DNA of 64,000 nucleotides from Bugula neritina (taxonomy: Eukaryota; Animalia; Bryozoa): positions 16,854,722 through 16,918,721 of the forward strand of contig OZ037766.1 in the NCBI GenBank assembly GCA_964035545.1, in the 5' to 3' direction. Both the position numbers and the translations under genes were made by a program. The notes beneath the pieces are model-generated. The model was not told where the DNA came from. It saw nothing but the letters and a program-made list of their open reading frames with translations, and searched no databases. This document shows, piece after piece, positions 61,131 through 64,000 of this stretch (position 1 is the stretch's first letter; every line of letters begins with the position of its first letter).

Positions 61131-62083
61131 GTAAGTATAGGATTTCTGTCTTGCTTATCTGTTCTAAATATTGCTAAACAGAATTTTGTGATTTTTTAGC
61201 TAATATAAAACTGAAAAATTTAAGAACATCAATTAAATTAAATGATATTTAAAACGGAGATTGAAAGTTTTATTTCGAATTTATACAACTTTTAGAAGCT
61301 AAAAATGGTCTTTTAAGAAATTTGTTACATCAAGTTTTTTTGAAAATCTTCTGTAGAAGTAATTATCATTCCAAATATTTTACTCCAGTCTCTCAATATT
61401 CTTACATATTCAATAAGTTACAATAAGATGTTATAGACATGGTAATAAAATAAGAGTTTGTATGACTGTTATAGCCGGCAAATAGTGTATTGGATCAGCC
61501 ATAGCATCTCACAATATAGTAGTATAATCAGTAGAGGGTTTTGCATGTATATATTCATTGCTTGATGTAGATATAAAGTAGATGTGGTCATGAATACTGT
61601 AACCTAATGAGCGTATCATTGTTATTGATCTTTAGATAAAATTTATGTTTTTTTTATCTTTCTTTATTGCCTTGTTGGTAATGTAGCATATCTATTATGA
61701 TAGCACAGGAGGGCAGATAGCACCATTACATGGTCATCAGTGTCCTCCATCTTTACACTGTGTATGGTTATTCATGCTAATGTGTGTAGCATACACCATA
61801 GTATGTATTAAATATTATTTCATAGTAGTATTACTTGTGTGTGCATTATTGTTCTTTGAAATTTTACACCTCTCTTCATTTAACGATACTTTGCTCAAAT
61901 TGTTGCTTAGCCTGTTAATAGGCATTCTTTGAAATGATATATTAATGTGTGTAGGCCTAATTGTATATTGATAAATAGGGCTGTAATATATATTCAGTTA
62001 CTTAGTATAATTACCATCATATGTTTCATTATGTGTCATGACTGTATAATACATGAACTGGTTCTACTAGCAGGTACTCTATC

Positions 62084-63881
62084 ATGGCTAAGGGAGATTT
62101 CATCAAACTAGATGAGACTACAGAGTTGATGAAAATCTCTGCTGACAAATACCGCTACAACAATCCACTATTTACTAAACCAACGGCTAAAATTTCTGAT
62201 TTCAATGCAGATATCAAGCTCAAAGTCGGTAAGTTGAATTTCACTAGTAAATTATTGTTTTACAGTCAATATGTTGGACCTTTTCTCAGGCATGTTTGAG
62301 AAGGTTAGGCCCAGATAATTATGGTATAATCCCAAAACATGGTTCGGGTATAAAGAGTAACACTTCTTTCAGTATTAATTTTGTCTTAATTCAAGTTTTT
62401 TGGCAAAACGTATTTTCTTCAACAATTCTCTCATTTACTGTAACGGATAGCAAATATTCATACATTAAATATTATAATTAGCAGGCTAGTGGGTATTATA
62501 CCGAGTCTTTCAGACAACTTTCTTCAAATGTTGTTCTTTCATACTCTTAGGCCACAGTATGCATTGGGATTGAGACAACACCAATGAACTCAAATAGTAT
62601 ATGCATTATATTCATATAGACTTCTATCATGTAAACAACATTGTGTTTAGGAAATGAATACTTCAAGGTCCATAAGGCTGTCTTATCTGAAGCCAGTGTG
62701 TACTTCTCAGCCATGTTCTCCCATGACATGCTGGAGAAAGATAAAGACTACATTGAGTTGAAGGGCATATCTGTTGGAGGTTTTCAAGTCATGTTGGAAT
62801 ACTTTTATCATGGGCACATAACTCTTGTGCTGGATAATGTGCAGCACTGTCTTGAAGCCAGTACATTTTTTCATGTGAGTTAACAACAGCACAAATGTTG
62901 AGCTAATACATTAATGTATTAGATTAATATTATGTTGATAGATATAAGTACGATAGAGCGAGGAAGATAACATACCAGGGAGTTGTCCTCTCATAATGGA
63001 CACAAACTCATGTGACTAAATAAATACTCATCAAAAGATTTTAACTGGTCAAATAACATGGTCAGTTTACTTTTAGTTGACTTGTTTCATTAAATTGAAA
63101 ATCGAAGCTGAGTCAGTGGTAAGCCACAACAGTTATCTTACCAGTTGTTCTTCTATTTTCTATAAAATATTGTATGCAAGAAAAACAGCTTCTAAATACT
63201 TGCAGGTAGAATGGCTGACTAAAGTATGCTGTGATTTTATGAAGAGACATCTTTCTGTGGAGAATTGCTTGCAGATTATTGACTTGGCTGATGCATACCA
63301 CCTTACAGGTACGCACATTCACAATGATAATCTAAAGAATCTATTTTATATTCCTGTAAAGGGGGGGGAGTGTTGCTGATACATTATTACATAATGCTTA
63401 CTCTTTCAAAATATATAACTAAATTACCAAAAATTTTTGAGATGTTAGCTTTTCTGGTATATATATCAGAGCACAAAAATACTTAATGTAATGTAATATC
63501 CCTTCTTTGTGTTGCAGCCAATTGCTGATGGGGTGTAAGCATGTCACATAAATTATTATTTGTAGTTTTTATCACTACCACTAGTATATTTTGTTATTAT
63601 ATTCATAGCCTATAGATGTTGTAGTTCATAGCATCGAAATATTTGTCTTATGACATTTAATATGGCTATATCTCATGAAGGTGTTGATTATCATTGTAGA
63701 TTTACTAGATGAAATGTACTGTTTTATTGGCCTGCATGCCAGTGCGCTGTTAGACAGTGGTAAGCTACAGCAGCTATCCTACCAGACGCTGCTACAACTG
63801 CTCTCTGCTGACTATTACATTGATCTTCCAGAAGAGCTGGTTCTTGGTCTTGTAGTGGACTGGGTGAATGAGGACTTTCAG
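62084..63881 (+). CDS. BTB-BACK (Kelch-like family) protein, 5' part; continues beyond the window
   Basis: Exons 62084-62228, 62651-62874, 63206-63308 and 63700-63881 in phase. BTB motifs ADIKLKVG..FKVHKAVLSEASVYFSAMF..LEYFYHG; BACK motifs LSVENCLQI..EELVLGLVVDWV. Kelch repeats are not in the window. Confidence 0.9.
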
Positions 63882-64000
63882 GTCAGTATAACTGCAGTCA
63901 GCTCATTCTACAATGAGCTCGATATACTCTAGTGTTTGCCATTATATGGAGTGTTGCAAATATAAAAGTTTATTTTTACAGTTAATACTTGTATTCAGTC

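Overview
AT-rich, intron-containing eukaryotic DNA, most likely from an invertebrate animal (inferred from an IL-17-like gene, a U12-type intron, and Penelope/Naiad and Dong/R4 retroelements). Exon chains were assembled by hand and checked for splice phase. Host genes in order: PTDSS2 (minus, 3' end runs off the window), a two-exon IL-17-like cytokine (minus), a cytosolic sulfotransferase cluster (intact gene A on minus, intact gene B on plus, pseudogene C on plus), PEX16 (minus, complete, one U12-type intron) and the 5' part of a BTB-BACK/Kelch-like gene (plus). Mobile DNA: a very young Ty3/Gypsy element (304/305 identical LTRs, GTAT TSD, tRNA-Leu PBS) lacking its integrase catalytic core, a 5'-truncated CR1/L2-group LINE, a decayed Dong/R4 element in a (TAA)n tract plus two fragments, Penelope-like remnants carrying three minimal hammerhead ribozyme motifs, and hAT, MITE, SINE and solo-LTR relics. 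Most notable: the IL-17-like protein with a remodelled cystine knot, hammerheads with a compensatory base-pair change, SULTs with a non-canonical PAPS-binding loop plus signs of gene conversion, the integrase-less young Gypsy with a -1 frameshift cassette, and kb-scale 6-bp-periodic A-N-T domains near housekeeping-gene 5' ends. I found no single system I can prove is new. All homology calls come from recalled motifs, not database searches.
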